Shown here one piece after another: positions 44,455 through 55,258 of a stretch of 64,000 bases of DNA. Origin of the DNA: Escherichia phage SF. The notes below the pieces were generated by a model, which was given only the letters and a program-made list of their open reading frames with translations, had not been told where the DNA came from and made no database searches. The DNA lies in the sequence record MH359124; one strand, given 5' to 3'. Numbering within the stretch: the stretch's first letter is position 1; each line of letters starts with the position of its first letter. The position numbers and the translations under genes were made by a program.

Positions 44455-45633
44455 ATGAGTACAGTTTTTAACACACAACAAGTCGATGTTTTGAATGAAC
44501 CGATGTTCTTTGGTTCTGGTCTTGGTCTCGCACGTTACGATATTCAGCGTCATAAAGTTTTTGAAGAACTTATAGAAAAATCCTTGTCATTTTTCTGGCG
44601 CCCTGAAGAGGTAAACTTGATGTTGGACTCTGCGCAGTTCAATAAGCTTCCTCAGTTCCAACAGGACATCTTTACAAACAATCTTAAGTATCAATCATTA
44701 TTGGATTCTATCCAAGGCAGGGCCCCATCTGCGGTACTTATGGCACTGATTTCTGACCCTTCATTAGATACATGGGTTGCAACATGGACATTCAGTGAAA
44801 CTATTCACTCTCGTTCGTATACTCATATTATGCGAAATCTTTATACAGACCCATCTAAGGTATTTGATGAAATTGTATTAGACGAAGCAATCATGAAACG
44901 AGCTGAATCAATAGGTAAATATTACGATGATGTTCTAGTCAAGACTCGTCATTGGGAAAACCAGAAAGAATTCACGGAACTAGCCAAAGCGTCAATTGGT
45001 GCAGACCTTCAATTAAAACGTGCTATTAAGCAAGAAGCCGCTGCTAAGCGTGATTTAATGAAGTCTCTTTATCTCTGTTTGCATGTTATCAACGCCTTAG
45101 AAGCTATTCGTTTTTACGTATCATTTGCATGTACTTTCAACTTCCATAAAAATATGGAAATTATGGAAGGTAATGCAAAGATTATGAAGTTCATTGCTCG
45201 TGACGAACAACTCCACCTCAAGGGTACTCAGTACATTATCCGTCAACTTCAATCTGGTACTGATGGTGATGAGTGGGTTCAAATTGCTAAAGAATGTGAA
45301 CAAGAAGCAGTTGACATTTTTATGGAAGTAAATAGTCAAGAGAAGGAATGGGCTGCACACCTCTTTAAAGATGGTACATGTCCAGGTATCAATACGCAGA
45401 GTATGTGTGCTTTTGTTGATTACTTGACTGTGTCTCGTATGAAACAGTGTGGTTTGCCATGCCCAATCACTGATGCTCCGACCAAGCATCCGTATCCTTG
45501 GATTCGTGAATATCTGAACTCTGATTTAGTTCAAGCAGCTCCTCAGGAAGTTGAAATCAGTTCTTATCTTGTCGCACAAATTGATAATGATGTAGACCAA
45601 AATGTAATCAATTCATACAAAAAATATTTCTAA
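44455..45633 (+). CDS. nrdB: ribonucleotide reductase small subunit NrdB, uninterrupted
   Basis: 392 aa continuous ORF; di-iron/tyrosyl radical protein features. Confidence 0.93.
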   Translation: MSTVFNTQQVDVLNEPMFFGSGLGLARYDIQRHKVFEELIEKSLSFFWRPEEVNLMLDSAQFNKLPQFQQDIFTNNLKYQSLLDSIQGRAPSAVLMALISDPSLDTWVATWTFSETIHSRSYTHIMRNLYTDPSKVFDEIVLDEAIMKRAESIGKYYDDVLVKTRHWENQKEFTELAKASIGADLQLKRAIKQEAAAKRDLMKSLYLCLHVINALEAIRFYVSFACTFNFHKNMEIMEGNAKIMKFIARDEQLHLKGTQYIIRQLQSGTDGDEWVQIAKECEQEAVDIFMEVNSQEKEWAAHLFKDGTCPGINTQSMCAFVDYLTVSRMKQCGLPCPITDAPTKHPYPWIREYLNSDLVQAAPQEVEISSYLVAQIDNDVDQNVINSYKKYF

Positions 45634-45637
45634 GGAC

Positions 45638-45656
45638 GGGACTTCGGTCCCACTTT
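45638..45656 (+). terminator. putative hairpin after nrdB
   Basis: gggac-ttcg-gtccc followed by a weak T-tract. Confidence 0.35.
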
Positions 45657-45659
45657 ATT

Positions 45660-46070
45660 ATGAAAGATATTGCCGCCGAATATTCCTTTATTAAATATAC
45701 AGAATTGGAGCTATTAGAAGATGCAACAATTAAAACAGTTGATGTCCCTAATAAGAAAAATGTCATATACGCTATTGCTATAGATGACGAGCTTGTGTAT
45801 ATTGGTAAAACCAAGAATTTAAAGAAACGCATTAACTATTATCGAACAGCCATAAATCGAAAAGACCAGACTTCAGATTCAAGAAAATCACTTATGATTT
45901 TGGATGCCTTAATGCAAGGCAAAAAGGTTGAATTCTGGGCCCGCCAATGTTTTGACCTTTCAGTCACCAACGAACTTGGTTCAATGACTATCGCAACAAT
46001 GGACCTTGAAGAACCGCTTTTTATCAAAAAGTTCAACCCGCCTTGGAATATCCAACATAAGAAAAAGTAG
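45660..46070 (+). CDS. denA: endonuclease II (GIY-YIG family)
   Basis: 136 aa; YSFIKYTELEL, VIYAIAIDDELVYIGKTKNLKKRINYYRTAINRKD, C-terminal PLFIKKFNPPWNIQHKKK, closely matching recalled T4 DenA. Confidence 0.9.
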   Translation: MKDIAAEYSFIKYTELELLEDATIKTVDVPNKKNVIYAIAIDDELVYIGKTKNLKKRINYYRTAINRKDQTSDSRKSLMILDALMQGKKVEFWARQCFDLSVTNELGSMTIATMDLEEPLFIKKFNPPWNIQHKKK

Positions 46071-46099
46071 TTTACACGCCACAAGGATTGTGGTACAAT
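46070..46099 (+). promoter_or_regulatory. early promoter (GTTTAC / TACAAT)
   Basis: GTTTAC, 18 bp with CCACAA/TTGTGG inverted repeat, then TACAAT. Confidence 0.45.
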
Positions 46100-46116
46100 T
46101 TAAAAAAACTAACTGA

Positions 46117-47250
<1,134 letters not shown>

Positions 47251-47252
47251 TG

Positions 47253-47285
47253 GTTTACAAACACCAAGGAAGGTGTTACTATGGT
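47253..47285 (+). promoter_or_regulatory. early promoter with AACACC/GGTGTT stem
   Basis: GTTTAC, then inverted repeat around TACTAT-like -10. Confidence 0.4.
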
Positions 47286-47312
47286 TTTTATCAACATCAC
47301 GAGGAGAAAATT

Positions 47313-47813
47313 ATGAATATGCAATTGATTACTAACGATATGGTTGTGGCAGCATTTGGTGATTCTACAGATGGAATCCGGGTCTTTAAGAAAGGCCGTG
47401 CAGTTGGTTATCTTACTGACCTCCGTGTTACACTGGCCAAAAATCTTAAAAAGAAAGTAAAACAAAAAGAGTATTCCACCAGATACGCTGAAGAGAAACG
47501 CGAAGCGATGCCAGAAGCAGTTAATGCTATGGTAGAATTTCTTCAAAACAATTTGACTAAATATGACGCTAATGTGTTCATTAATATTAGTCAACCAAAC
47601 GTACATATCGCAGGTATAAAATTCTACATTATTTGCGACCCTCTTACCGACAAATTCAACCGCCTCGGAATTTCAAGTCCGTATCATACAGCAGAAGAGT
47701 TGTGTGTATTGTTTGAATCGTACAAAATCCAGTGTGATGGTCCGAAAACCGTTCTTATCAATGGATTATCCCGAGATGAAATCATTGAGATTATTAAAAC
47801 ATGCTTAAAGTAA
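47313..47813 (+). CDS. alc: Alc, host transcription terminator on dC-DNA
   Basis: Start moved to ATG 47313 after GAGGAG SD; 166 aa; MNMQLITNDMVVAAFGDS.DGIRVFKKG..., VLINGLSRDEIIEIIK match recalled T4 Alc. Confidence 0.8.
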   Translation: MNMQLITNDMVVAAFGDSTDGIRVFKKGRAVGYLTDLRVTLAKNLKKKVKQKEYSTRYAEEKREAMPEAVNAMVEFLQNNLTKYDANVFINISQPNVHIAGIKFYIICDPLTDKFNRLGISSPYHTAEELCVLFESYKIQCDGPKTVLINGLSRDEIIEIIKTCLK

Positions 47814-48157
47814 ATCCGATTTATGCTATAGTAGCAGCTTTTGCTCTAGTTTCTACTGTAACAATAATGGTCTTAAACAACAAAGTTGATTCGTTGAATA
47901 CCGAATTAGCTTCTGTCAAAGAGACAGCTAAAAACAATGCTAAAGTATTAGACGACTTCAAGGTTCAATATCAGTCAATCGAAGAAATGACTTATAAGAA
48001 CCGTGTTTTAGTTGACCAACTTAAGGCCGAAAATGAAAAGCTCCGTAAGGATTCGAAGAAGAAGAACGTGGTGGCAAGTAAGCCAGGATTGGTCGAAAAA
48101 CAAATCAACAGGTCCTTCGATTCCTTTGCAGAAGACCTCAGGAAGCTCTCAGAATGA
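47801..48157 (+). CDS. inner-membrane spanin component (i-spanin)
   Basis: 118 aa; N-terminal TMD (IYAIVAAFALVSTVTIMVL) followed by charged coiled-coil; immediately followed by a lipoprotein gene. Confidence 0.65.
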   Translation: MLKVNPIYAIVAAFALVSTVTIMVLNNKVDSLNTELASVKETAKNNAKVLDDFKVQYQSIEEMTYKNRVLVDQLKAENEKLRKDSKKKNVVASKPGLVEKQINRSFDSFAEDLRKLSE

Positions 48158-48444
48158 TTAAATTAACCGCAGTTGTATTATCTATTGGCATTTTAGCCGG
48201 ATGTGCCCAGGATGTGCCCTTAAGCCCTAAAGAAACTTTACATCCGCCATGGCCTGAATCTATTGGTGAATATAACCAGAAATGGCAAGTAAAGGTTATT
48301 GATGGTAATCCGTGGGTTGGAATGCCGTTTGAAGACTCTCAAGAATTTCGTATCTGGTTAAACGACGTAAAAAGATATGTACATGACCAGAAGACTATGA
48401 TATGTTATTATCGTAGTGGTTTAAAAGAGGAAAAATGTCAATGA
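48154..48444 (+). CDS. outer-membrane lipoprotein spanin component (o-spanin)
   Basis: 96 aa; signal peptide with lipobox LAGC, Pro-rich, Cys near C-terminus; ATGA overlap with i-spanin. Confidence 0.65.
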   Translation: MIKLTAVVLSIGILAGCAQDVPLSPKETLHPPWPESIGEYNQKWQVKVIDGNPWVGMPFEDSQEFRIWLNDVKRYVHDQKTMICYYRSGLKEEKCQ

Positions 48445-48659
48445 CTAAAGAACAGCATGAATACCTTAAAGGACTTATCTATGACTCTGAAATGGCGGCC
48501 ATGATTTACGGGCGACAGATTCAACGATTAGAATCTTTGCCTCCGACTAATGACCGCTTGTTAGTTCAGTCTCGTGCTAATCTGAAAAATGAATATCAGA
48601 ATAAGTGGGCGGTAGCGACTAAAGCTCTTCATGAGTATATTGAATCTTTAGTAAAATAG
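48435..48659 (+). CDS. hypothetical protein
   Basis: 74 aa. Confidence 0.45.
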   Translation: MSMTKEQHEYLKGLIYDSEMAAMIYGRQIQRLESLPPTNDRLLVQSRANLKNEYQNKWAVATKALHEYIESLVK

Positions 48660-48694
48660 TTTACAAACTCTCGGGAGCAGAGTATAATGCTCCT
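48659..48694 (+). promoter_or_regulatory. early promoter (GTTTAC / TATAAT) within GGAGCA/TGCTCC inverted repeat
   Basis: Homologous copy of the cassette at 19913. Confidence 0.5.
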
Positions 48695-48716
48695 ATGGAT
48701 AATTGAGGAAATCTAA

Positions 48717-49015
48717 ATGAAAACATTACTAGAGAATTACATCAAACGGTCTGATGAGTATATTGATATCTGTCGTGGAATGTCACTTGCCAATTATGAC
48801 AAAGATGCAGCAAAGGCACTAGATGAAGCAGGTAAAGCTCTTCGTAAAGCGGCTAAAGAAAAAGGGTTGGATTTACAACAACTCAAAAGTCATATGATTA
48901 AATTTATTTCTTCAAACGTTAGAAGTAAGTCAATTAATAAAAACGTTGCTGAAATTAATAAAGACCGTCGCGAGCATAACATTCGTATTCTTGAAACTTT
49001 CTTAGGAATAAAATA

Positions 49016-49016
<1 letters not shown>
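48717..49016 (+). CDS. hypothetical protein
   Basis: 99 aa. Confidence 0.45.
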
Positions 49017-50102
<1,086 letters not shown>

Positions 50103-50103
<1 letters not shown>

Positions 50104-50294
50104 TGAAACGATTATATGAAGTGATTGAGGCTATCGAACAGCATAAAGAATATTTGTTTGTAGCCTGGCCTTTAGTAAACGGACAGTTCGGTATTGATGT
50201 GCTGGACTATGAGCATGAAGAACGTTTGGACGGCGGTATATTTGATAACGTTGACCGGGCAATTGAATGGTTAAATGAAAACTATGTACGATAA
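50103..50294 (+). CDS. hypothetical protein
   Basis: 63 aa. Confidence 0.4.
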
Positions 50295-50499
50295 ACATCA
50301 TGAAATCGAAGATGAAGCATACAAAATGCTTCGTAAACTAGTGGGACTTAATATGAGTTCTACATTAATCAACAAGCTTACTGAAATTCGTAACGACTTG
50401 AATACTCGTTACAAAGGCGAATATCATATAGAGTTTGTTCCTGTAGGTGAACCGACCGAGCAATTTGTTGTTCGAGTTAAAGTAAATACTGTACACTGA
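50275..50499 (+). CDS. hypothetical protein
   Basis: 74 aa. Confidence 0.4.
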   Translation: MKTMYDKHHEIEDEAYKMLRKLVGLNMSSTLINKLTEIRNDLNTRYKGEYHIEFVPVGEPTEQFVVRVKVNTVH

Positions 50500-50506
50500 G
50501 GTAATT

Positions 50507-50782
50507 ATGTTCCCTAAATATTCTGAAATTGTAAAGGTCGTTTTTAGCCAGATTATCGCAAATCATTTCTTTGATAAGCCGGATACGGCCACCGAGCTTA
50601 AGATCCACTCTGAACTACTCTACGTTTTGAATACGCTGGTGCCCGACCAAGTGGATTCTGTGTCTGTTACACTGTTGCCAAGCTCGGCTCATGTGATTGT
50701 TGTGTTTGGACTTGACGCTGATCTAGTAATTCAATGTGAAGTTGATTTCGATTCACAAGAAATTAAATGTTTTGCAATTTAA
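50507..50782 (+). CDS. hypothetical protein
   Basis: 91 aa. Confidence 0.4.
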   Translation: MFPKYSEIVKVVFSQIIANHFFDKPDTATELKIHSELLYVLNTLVPDQVDSVSVTLLPSSAHVIVVFGLDADLVIQCEVDFDSQEIKCFAI

Positions 50783-50820
50783 GTTTACAACACCGTAGAG
50801 TTGTGATACTATAACTCTAC
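50783..50820 (+). promoter_or_regulatory. early promoter with stem-loop (GTAGAGTT/AACTCTAC)
   Basis: GTTTAC at 50783; 8-bp inverted repeat around TGATACTAT. Confidence 0.5.
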
Positions 50821-50840
50821 CAACAAATGAGGAAATAGAA

Positions 50841-51077
50841 ATGCTAAGTGAAAACCCAATTACAGTACACGAATTTCAGATTAAAGTAAAAGAATTTGCT
50901 CAAGCACTCATCAATAAAGTGTCTGAACGTTTCCAAGATGCAACATTACGAGTTATTCAAGAATCTCCACGTTCTTTTCTCATAATCGTTAATCCTAAAG
51001 ATGGTGACCAAATTACTAATCTTAAATTAGGCAGTGATGGTCTTGTTGAAGCAACTCGAGTATATGGAACACTATAA
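50841..51077 (+). CDS. hypothetical protein
   Basis: 78 aa. Confidence 0.45.
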   Translation: MLSENPITVHEFQIKVKEFAQALINKVSERFQDATLRVIQESPRSFLIIVNPKDGDQITNLKLGSDGLVEATRVYGTL

Positions 51078-51197
51078 TGAGAGCTATCTCATTACTATCG
51101 AGAATGGTCATAAATCTGAGCACTACCAACTTAGCCTGTCTAATCCGGTTAAAGGTATTGTTGAATCAGAATCTGTTTATATCTCCTAAGGATTGTT

Positions 51198-52190
51198 ATG
51201 TTACCTGTCGTCAGAAAACTTATTTCTCCAAAAGAACTGGCTGAGATTATTCCTTTGTCGGAAGCTTACGCATCACAAGTGGCTTCTCATCGCGAACAAG
51301 TTAATTCGATTATGAACGGTGAAGACCCACGCAAACTTATTGTTGTAGGTCCTTGTTCAATTCATGACCCTATTGCTGCTGTTGAATACGGCAAACGTCT
51401 GGCTGAACTTCAAACTCGTCTTCCTAATGTTCTGTTAGTGATGCGCGTTTATTTTGAAAAGCCTCGAACTACCGTAGGTTGGAAAGGTCTTGTAAATGAT
51501 CCATATCTTGACGGAAGTTTTGATATGAACCACGGTCTTATAGTTGCACGAACATTGTGTCGTAAACTTCTACGTATGGGACTTCCATTAGCAACTGAAG
51601 TATTAGACCCATTCACGATTAAGTATCTTTCTGGTATTTTCTCATGGGTTGCTATTGGCGCCCGTACGACTGAAAGTCAGACACATCGTGAAATTGCTTC
51701 AGGTCTACCGATGTGCGTAGGCTTCAAGAACGCAACCAATGGTTCTATTAAAGTAGCTACAGACGCGATGTATAGTGCCGCCTGGCCTCATCGGTATATG
51801 GGTATGGACGTCGATGGTACTGTAGGCATTGTTGAAGCTGAAGGTAATCAGAATACGCATATCGTATTGCGTGGCGGGACTAACGGCCCGAACTATCATT
51901 CTTCTGATATTCAAGAAGCTTCTAACAAAGCAAGTGCATTAGGTCTGAATCATTATGTAATGGTTGACTGTAGCCATGCAAACGCTGATGGGTATTATAG
52001 CAATCAAATTGGTATTGGTAAAAATTTAGCAGCTAATGATTTGGTCAAAGGAATTATGATAGAATCATTCCTACATGAAGGAAATCAAAAAATTTCTGAT
52101 AATATGTCCTATGGCGTTTCCATTACCGATGCGTGCATCAGTTGGGAACAAACTAAAGAGCTGTTAACTTATATTAATAAGGTTCAATAA
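51198..52190 (+). CDS. 3-deoxy-D-arabino-heptulosonate-7-phosphate (DAHP) synthase, class I (AroG/AroF-like)
   Basis: 330 aa; VVGPCSIHDP, VMRVYFEKPRTTVGWKGL, AIGARTTESQTHRE, DCSHAN, IMIESFLHEGNQ, SITDACISWE match the E. coli AroG catalytic/metal-binding regions; N-terminus shorter than AroG. Confidence 0.85.
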   Translation: MLPVVRKLISPKELAEIIPLSEAYASQVASHREQVNSIMNGEDPRKLIVVGPCSIHDPIAAVEYGKRLAELQTRLPNVLLVMRVYFEKPRTTVGWKGLVNDPYLDGSFDMNHGLIVARTLCRKLLRMGLPLATEVLDPFTIKYLSGIFSWVAIGARTTESQTHREIASGLPMCVGFKNATNGSIKVATDAMYSAAWPHRYMGMDVDGTVGIVEAEGNQNTHIVLRGGTNGPNYHSSDIQEASNKASALGLNHYVMVDCSHANADGYYSNQIGIGKNLAANDLVKGIMIESFLHEGNQKISDNMSYGVSITDACISWEQTKELLTYINKVQ

Positions 52191-52771
52191 TGAAAGCTAG
52201 CACATATCTTCAAATTGCTTATTTGATTTCTCAAGAATCAAAATGTTGTTCATGGAAAGTTGGTGCCGTCATTGAAAAAGATGGACGCATTATCTCTACT
52301 GGATATAATGGTTCACCGGCCGGTGGCGTTAACTGTTGTGAACATGCATCTGAAAATGGTTGGTTGAAGAATAAACCAAGCCCGGTCATCGTTGCTGGCC
52401 ATAAAGAAGGCACTACAGCATTTGGACGGGTAGATAATTTTGTTTTAGCTAAAGAACATCGGGCCGCTCATAGTGCATGGTCTGCTAATAATGAAATCCA
52501 TGCAGAATTGAATGCAATTTTGTTTGCAGCTCGTAAAGGTAATTCTATTGAAGGTGCTACGTTATATACGACGCTTTCTCCGTGTCCTGATTGCACTAAA
52601 GCTATTACGCAGTCAGGTATTAAAAAGGTTGTATACGCAGAATTATATGATCGATCTCCTGAAAATTGGGCAGACATTCTAAAACAAGCCGGTATTGAAG
52701 TAATTCAGTACTCTCGTAATAATCTTCGTTCTCTGAATTGGGAACAAATCCGAAACTTTTGTGGTGAATAA
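52190..52771 (+). CDS. cd: dCMP deaminase
   Basis: 193 aa; zinc-binding H.E and PCxxC motifs (CEHASENG...SPCPDCTKAI). Confidence 0.92.
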   Translation: MKASTYLQIAYLISQESKCCSWKVGAVIEKDGRIISTGYNGSPAGGVNCCEHASENGWLKNKPSPVIVAGHKEGTTAFGRVDNFVLAKEHRAAHSAWSANNEIHAELNAILFAARKGNSIEGATLYTTLSPCPDCTKAITQSGIKKVVYAELYDRSPENWADILKQAGIEVIQYSRNNLRSLNWEQIRNFCGE

Positions 52772-52772
52772 T

Positions 52773-53069
52773 ATGATTTTAACTGAACAAGAAACTATGG
52801 TTCTTCGTGAACGTATTAAAACTATTCTGTCTGTAGGCGTTCATTGTGTTGTATTTGAAAAGGCTAACGGCGAGGTACGCACTATGTTTGCTTCTCGCGA
52901 TGAACTTGAAGTCAAATATGAAAATAACAATCCAGCAACAGAAGTTCGTTATGAACCTCGTGAATCAGTTCGAGCATTCGACACCAAGTTAGGTCAGTGG
53001 CGTTCTTTCCGCCTTGATAAAGTAATTTCGGTTGATGGTACTCCGGTAGAACGTTTGCTTCTTATGTAA
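52773..53069 (+). CDS. hypothetical protein
   Basis: Start moved to ATG 52773; 98 aa. Confidence 0.5.
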   Translation: MILTEQETMVLRERIKTILSVGVHCVVFEKANGEVRTMFASRDELEVKYENNNPATEVRYEPRESVRAFDTKLGQWRSFRLDKVISVDGTPVERLLLM

Positions 53070-53126
53070 TATGCTTTACGAATAGTATGGTATTATTAAT
53101 CTATCGTCAAACAACAAGGAAATAAG

Positions 53127-53459
53127 ATGTCTGAAGTACAACTCCCAATTCGTGCTGTTGGTGAATATGTCATTCTGGTTTCTGAACCCGCTCAAGCAGG
53201 TGATGAAGAAGTTACCGAATCAGGACTTGTGATTGGTAAACGTGTTCAAGGTGAAGTTCCTGAACTATGTGTAGTTCATTCTGTAGGTCCTGATGTTCCT
53301 GAAGGTTTTGTTGAAGTCGGTGATTTGACTCCACTACCAGTTGGACAAATTCGAAATGTTCCGCATCCATTTGTGGCTTTAGGTCTTAAACAACCTAAAG
53401 AAATTAAACAGAAATTCGTAACATGCCACTATAAAGCTATTCCGTGCCTTTATAAGTGA
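53127..53459 (+). CDS. 31: co-chaperonin gp31 (GroES-like)
   Basis: 110 aa; almost identical to recalled T4 gp31 ([34 protein letters not shown]...). Confidence 0.95.
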   Translation: MSEVQLPIRAVGEYVILVSEPAQAGDEEVTESGLVIGKRVQGEVPELCVVHSVGPDVPEGFVEVGDLTPLPVGQIRNVPHPFVALGLKQPKEIKQKFVTCHYKAIPCLYK

Positions 53460-53467
53460 TATAAATA
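53460..53467 (+). promoter_or_regulatory. late promoter TATAAATA upstream of rIII
   Basis: Exact TATAAATA immediately after gene 31 stop. Confidence 0.45.
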
Positions 53468-53583
53468 ACTATATGAAGAGAACACTCTTCTAAGCGGTAG
53501 CCTACAACTGAGAGACTTGTCGAAAGAAGGTGAAATTCAGACGAACGTGGCTACTAAATATTATCTCGAATTGAGACTTTAAA

Positions 53584-53832
53584 ATGATTAAACAATTACA
53601 ACACGCTCTTGAACTGCAACGCAACGCATGGAATAACGGTCATGAAAACTATGGTGCATCCATTGATGTTGAAGCCGAAGCTCTTGAAATCCTGCGTTAT
53701 TTCAAACATCTGAATCCTGCTCAGGCTTCTTTGGCCGCTGAACTGGAAGCTAAAGATGAATTGAAATATGCTAAGCCTCTGGCTTCTGCCGCACGTAAAG
53801 CAGTTCGTCATTTTGTTATTACCCTTAAGTAA
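53584..53832 (+). CDS. rIII: lysis inhibition accessory protein RIII
   Basis: 82 aa; MIKQLQHALELQRNAWNNGHENYGASIDVEAEALEILRYFKHLNPAQ matches recalled T4 RIII. Confidence 0.88.
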   Translation: MIKQLQHALELQRNAWNNGHENYGASIDVEAEALEILRYFKHLNPAQASLAAELEAKDELKYAKPLASAARKAVRHFVITLK

Positions 53833-53910
53833 GTTAAATCGAGGAGCCGTCGAATTGTCTGATTAATGATTTGCGAATCATTATAGTTTTAAGACCCCAA
53901 CAATTTTACG

Positions 53911-53939
53911 GTGTACCTCTTGAATGTATTTTGTACTAT
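53911..53939 (+). promoter_or_regulatory. early-type promoter inside a 265-bp noncoding gap
   Basis: GTGTAC, 17 bp, TG-n-TACTAT; followed by about 155 nt of leader before the next ATG. Confidence 0.4.
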
Positions 53940-54096
53940 CACGCGTCAGAAAAAGGTTATCTGTCTAAGTCGTGGTTGGTATGATGACGAGGTTTATGGT
54001 TATCCTGTCGTTAAATATCCAAAACCTATGTTCCCCTTGAGGGCTTGCGCAGGCAATGTCAATAAGTCCTGCATTTTCATTTAAAGAGAATTTATA

Positions 54097-54276
54097 ATGG
54101 CAAAACAAGCTAAAGCAAAGAAAGCAGTTGAAAAGAAAGTTGATGGTACCTCTAAACGCGCTGGATACAAGCGTGGGTCGAACTCTCGTATTAATCAAAC
54201 AGTTGAGAAGATCATGCGCAGAGCACGTGCAGTTCTTCGAGATGATGCTTCTCGTTTTGGAAAGGTTGTTGCATAA
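54097..54276 (+). CDS. small basic protein (59 aa), unknown
   Basis: Below the track cutoff; hand-translated MAKQAKAKKAVEKKVDGTSKRAGYKRGSNSRINQTVEKIMRRARAVLRDDASRFGKVVA; followed by a terminator. Confidence 0.4.
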   Translation: MAKQAKAKKAVEKKVDGTSKRAGYKRGSNSRINQTVEKIMRRARAVLRDDASRFGKVVA

Positions 54277-54282
54277 TTTTAG

Positions 54283-54304
54283 GGAGACTTCGGTCTCCCT
54301 TTTG
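54283..54304 (+). terminator. rho-independent terminator
   Basis: gggagac-ttcg-gtctccc + TTTT, identical to the hairpin at 39182. Confidence 0.55.
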
Positions 54305-54335
54305 TGTGTTTAGGGCAGAAAAAGTTTAAAAAGAT

Positions 54336-54365
54336 GTTTACTCTCCTATAGGATGTGTTACTATA
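54336..54365 (+). promoter_or_regulatory. early promoter
   Basis: GTTTAC, then GTTACTATAGAC cassette. Confidence 0.45.
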
Positions 54366-54405
54366 GACTTGTACCACCTAATCAATAAAACAACCGGAGA
54401 ATAAA

Positions 54406-54777
54406 ATGAACACTATCAATTTAAATGCTACAGTTAAATGCCATGACCATGATGGATATAAATCTCAAGTTGTTAACGAGTTACAGTGGATGGTTCGTTC
54501 AGTTCAAGGTGATGTAGTTTATTGTACAACTCCTGATGGCCCTTCAGACGATTTTTGTTATCATATCGAAATCGAAAACTTTTTCACTGGTGAAATTTAC
54601 CGTCTGAATTCTACAGTTTATGGTTGTATTCGTTCTAAAACTTACGAAGACGAAGAGACTGGTTACTCTGAAGATGTTGTATGGTACGAAAATGCCAGAA
54701 ATCGCGCAGAGGCATTAATCGAGAAGATTAAAGCAAAAGGTGTTATTGATTCAGCTAAGTGGACAAAAATCAAATAA
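54406..54777 (+). CDS. hypothetical protein
   Basis: 123 aa, Cys/His-containing. Confidence 0.5.
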   Translation: MNTINLNATVKCHDHDGYKSQVVNELQWMVRSVQGDVVYCTTPDGPSDDFCYHIEIENFFTGEIYRLNSTVYGCIRSKTYEDEETGYSEDVVWYENARNRAEALIEKIKAKGVIDSAKWTKIK

Positions 54778-54781
54778 AAAT

Positions 54782-54821
54782 GTTTACTTTGGTACAGGTT
54801 TTGTTATTATAGACCTGTACC
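54782..54821 (+). promoter_or_regulatory. early promoter with 9-bp stem (GGTACAGGT/ACCTGTACC)
   Basis: GTTTAC at 54782; inverted repeat around TTGTTATTATAG. Confidence 0.5.
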
Positions 54822-54851
54822 AACAAACAACTTAAACATCTGGAGAATAAA

Positions 54852-55217
54852 ATGAACTACATCAACTTTGAACGCAAATATGTTTCTAACGGTATCGCCG
54901 GTTCTATTGATACGATTTGCTTATGGAAACATAAAAATGGTTCAGTATGTGAAATTGAGCAGTATATGACTCCTAATTACGTTTATATGCGATTTGAAAA
55001 TGGCATCACGGTTTCAATCACAATGGACGGTTCCAACTTCAAAATTGCATTAGATGACGATTTCCGTCAACGTGATTTAGGTACTCATCCTTGCTGGAAT
55101 GGTGATAATCGTAAACTTCTGGTTAAAACTTGGATTCGTCATATCCTGAGTAACCGAGCTAAACCTGAACATCTCGAAGCAATCTTTGATGTAGTTCTTA
55201 ACGAATTCGATATCTAA
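54852..55217 (+). CDS. hypothetical protein
   Basis: 121 aa. Confidence 0.5.
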   Translation: MNYINFERKYVSNGIAGSIDTICLWKHKNGSVCEIEQYMTPNYVYMRFENGITVSITMDGSNFKIALDDDFRQRDLGTHPCWNGDNRKLLVKTWIRHILSNRAKPEHLEAIFDVVLNEFDI

Positions 55218-55228
55218 TCTTAAAAATG

Positions 55229-55248
55229 GAGGCTTCGGCCTCCTTTGA
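55229..55248 (+). terminator. putative terminator hairpin
   Basis: ggaggc-ttcg-gcctcc + TTT. Confidence 0.45.
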
Positions 55249-55258
55249 GGAAAATATT

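Noticed and set aside
45660-46070. GIY-YIG motif ORF considered as a homing endonuclease next to nrdB
   Set aside because: Sequence matches T4 endonuclease II (denA) along its whole length and it is in the denA position; nrdB and td are uninterrupted, so there is no evidence of a mobile intron or homing endonuclease here.
53833-54096. Possible tRNA or other classical RNA gene in the noncoding gap after rIII
   Set aside because: I could not find a GTTCGAATC-like T-loop or a cloverleaf by eye; kept only as an unexplained leader/ncRNA candidate in the findings.
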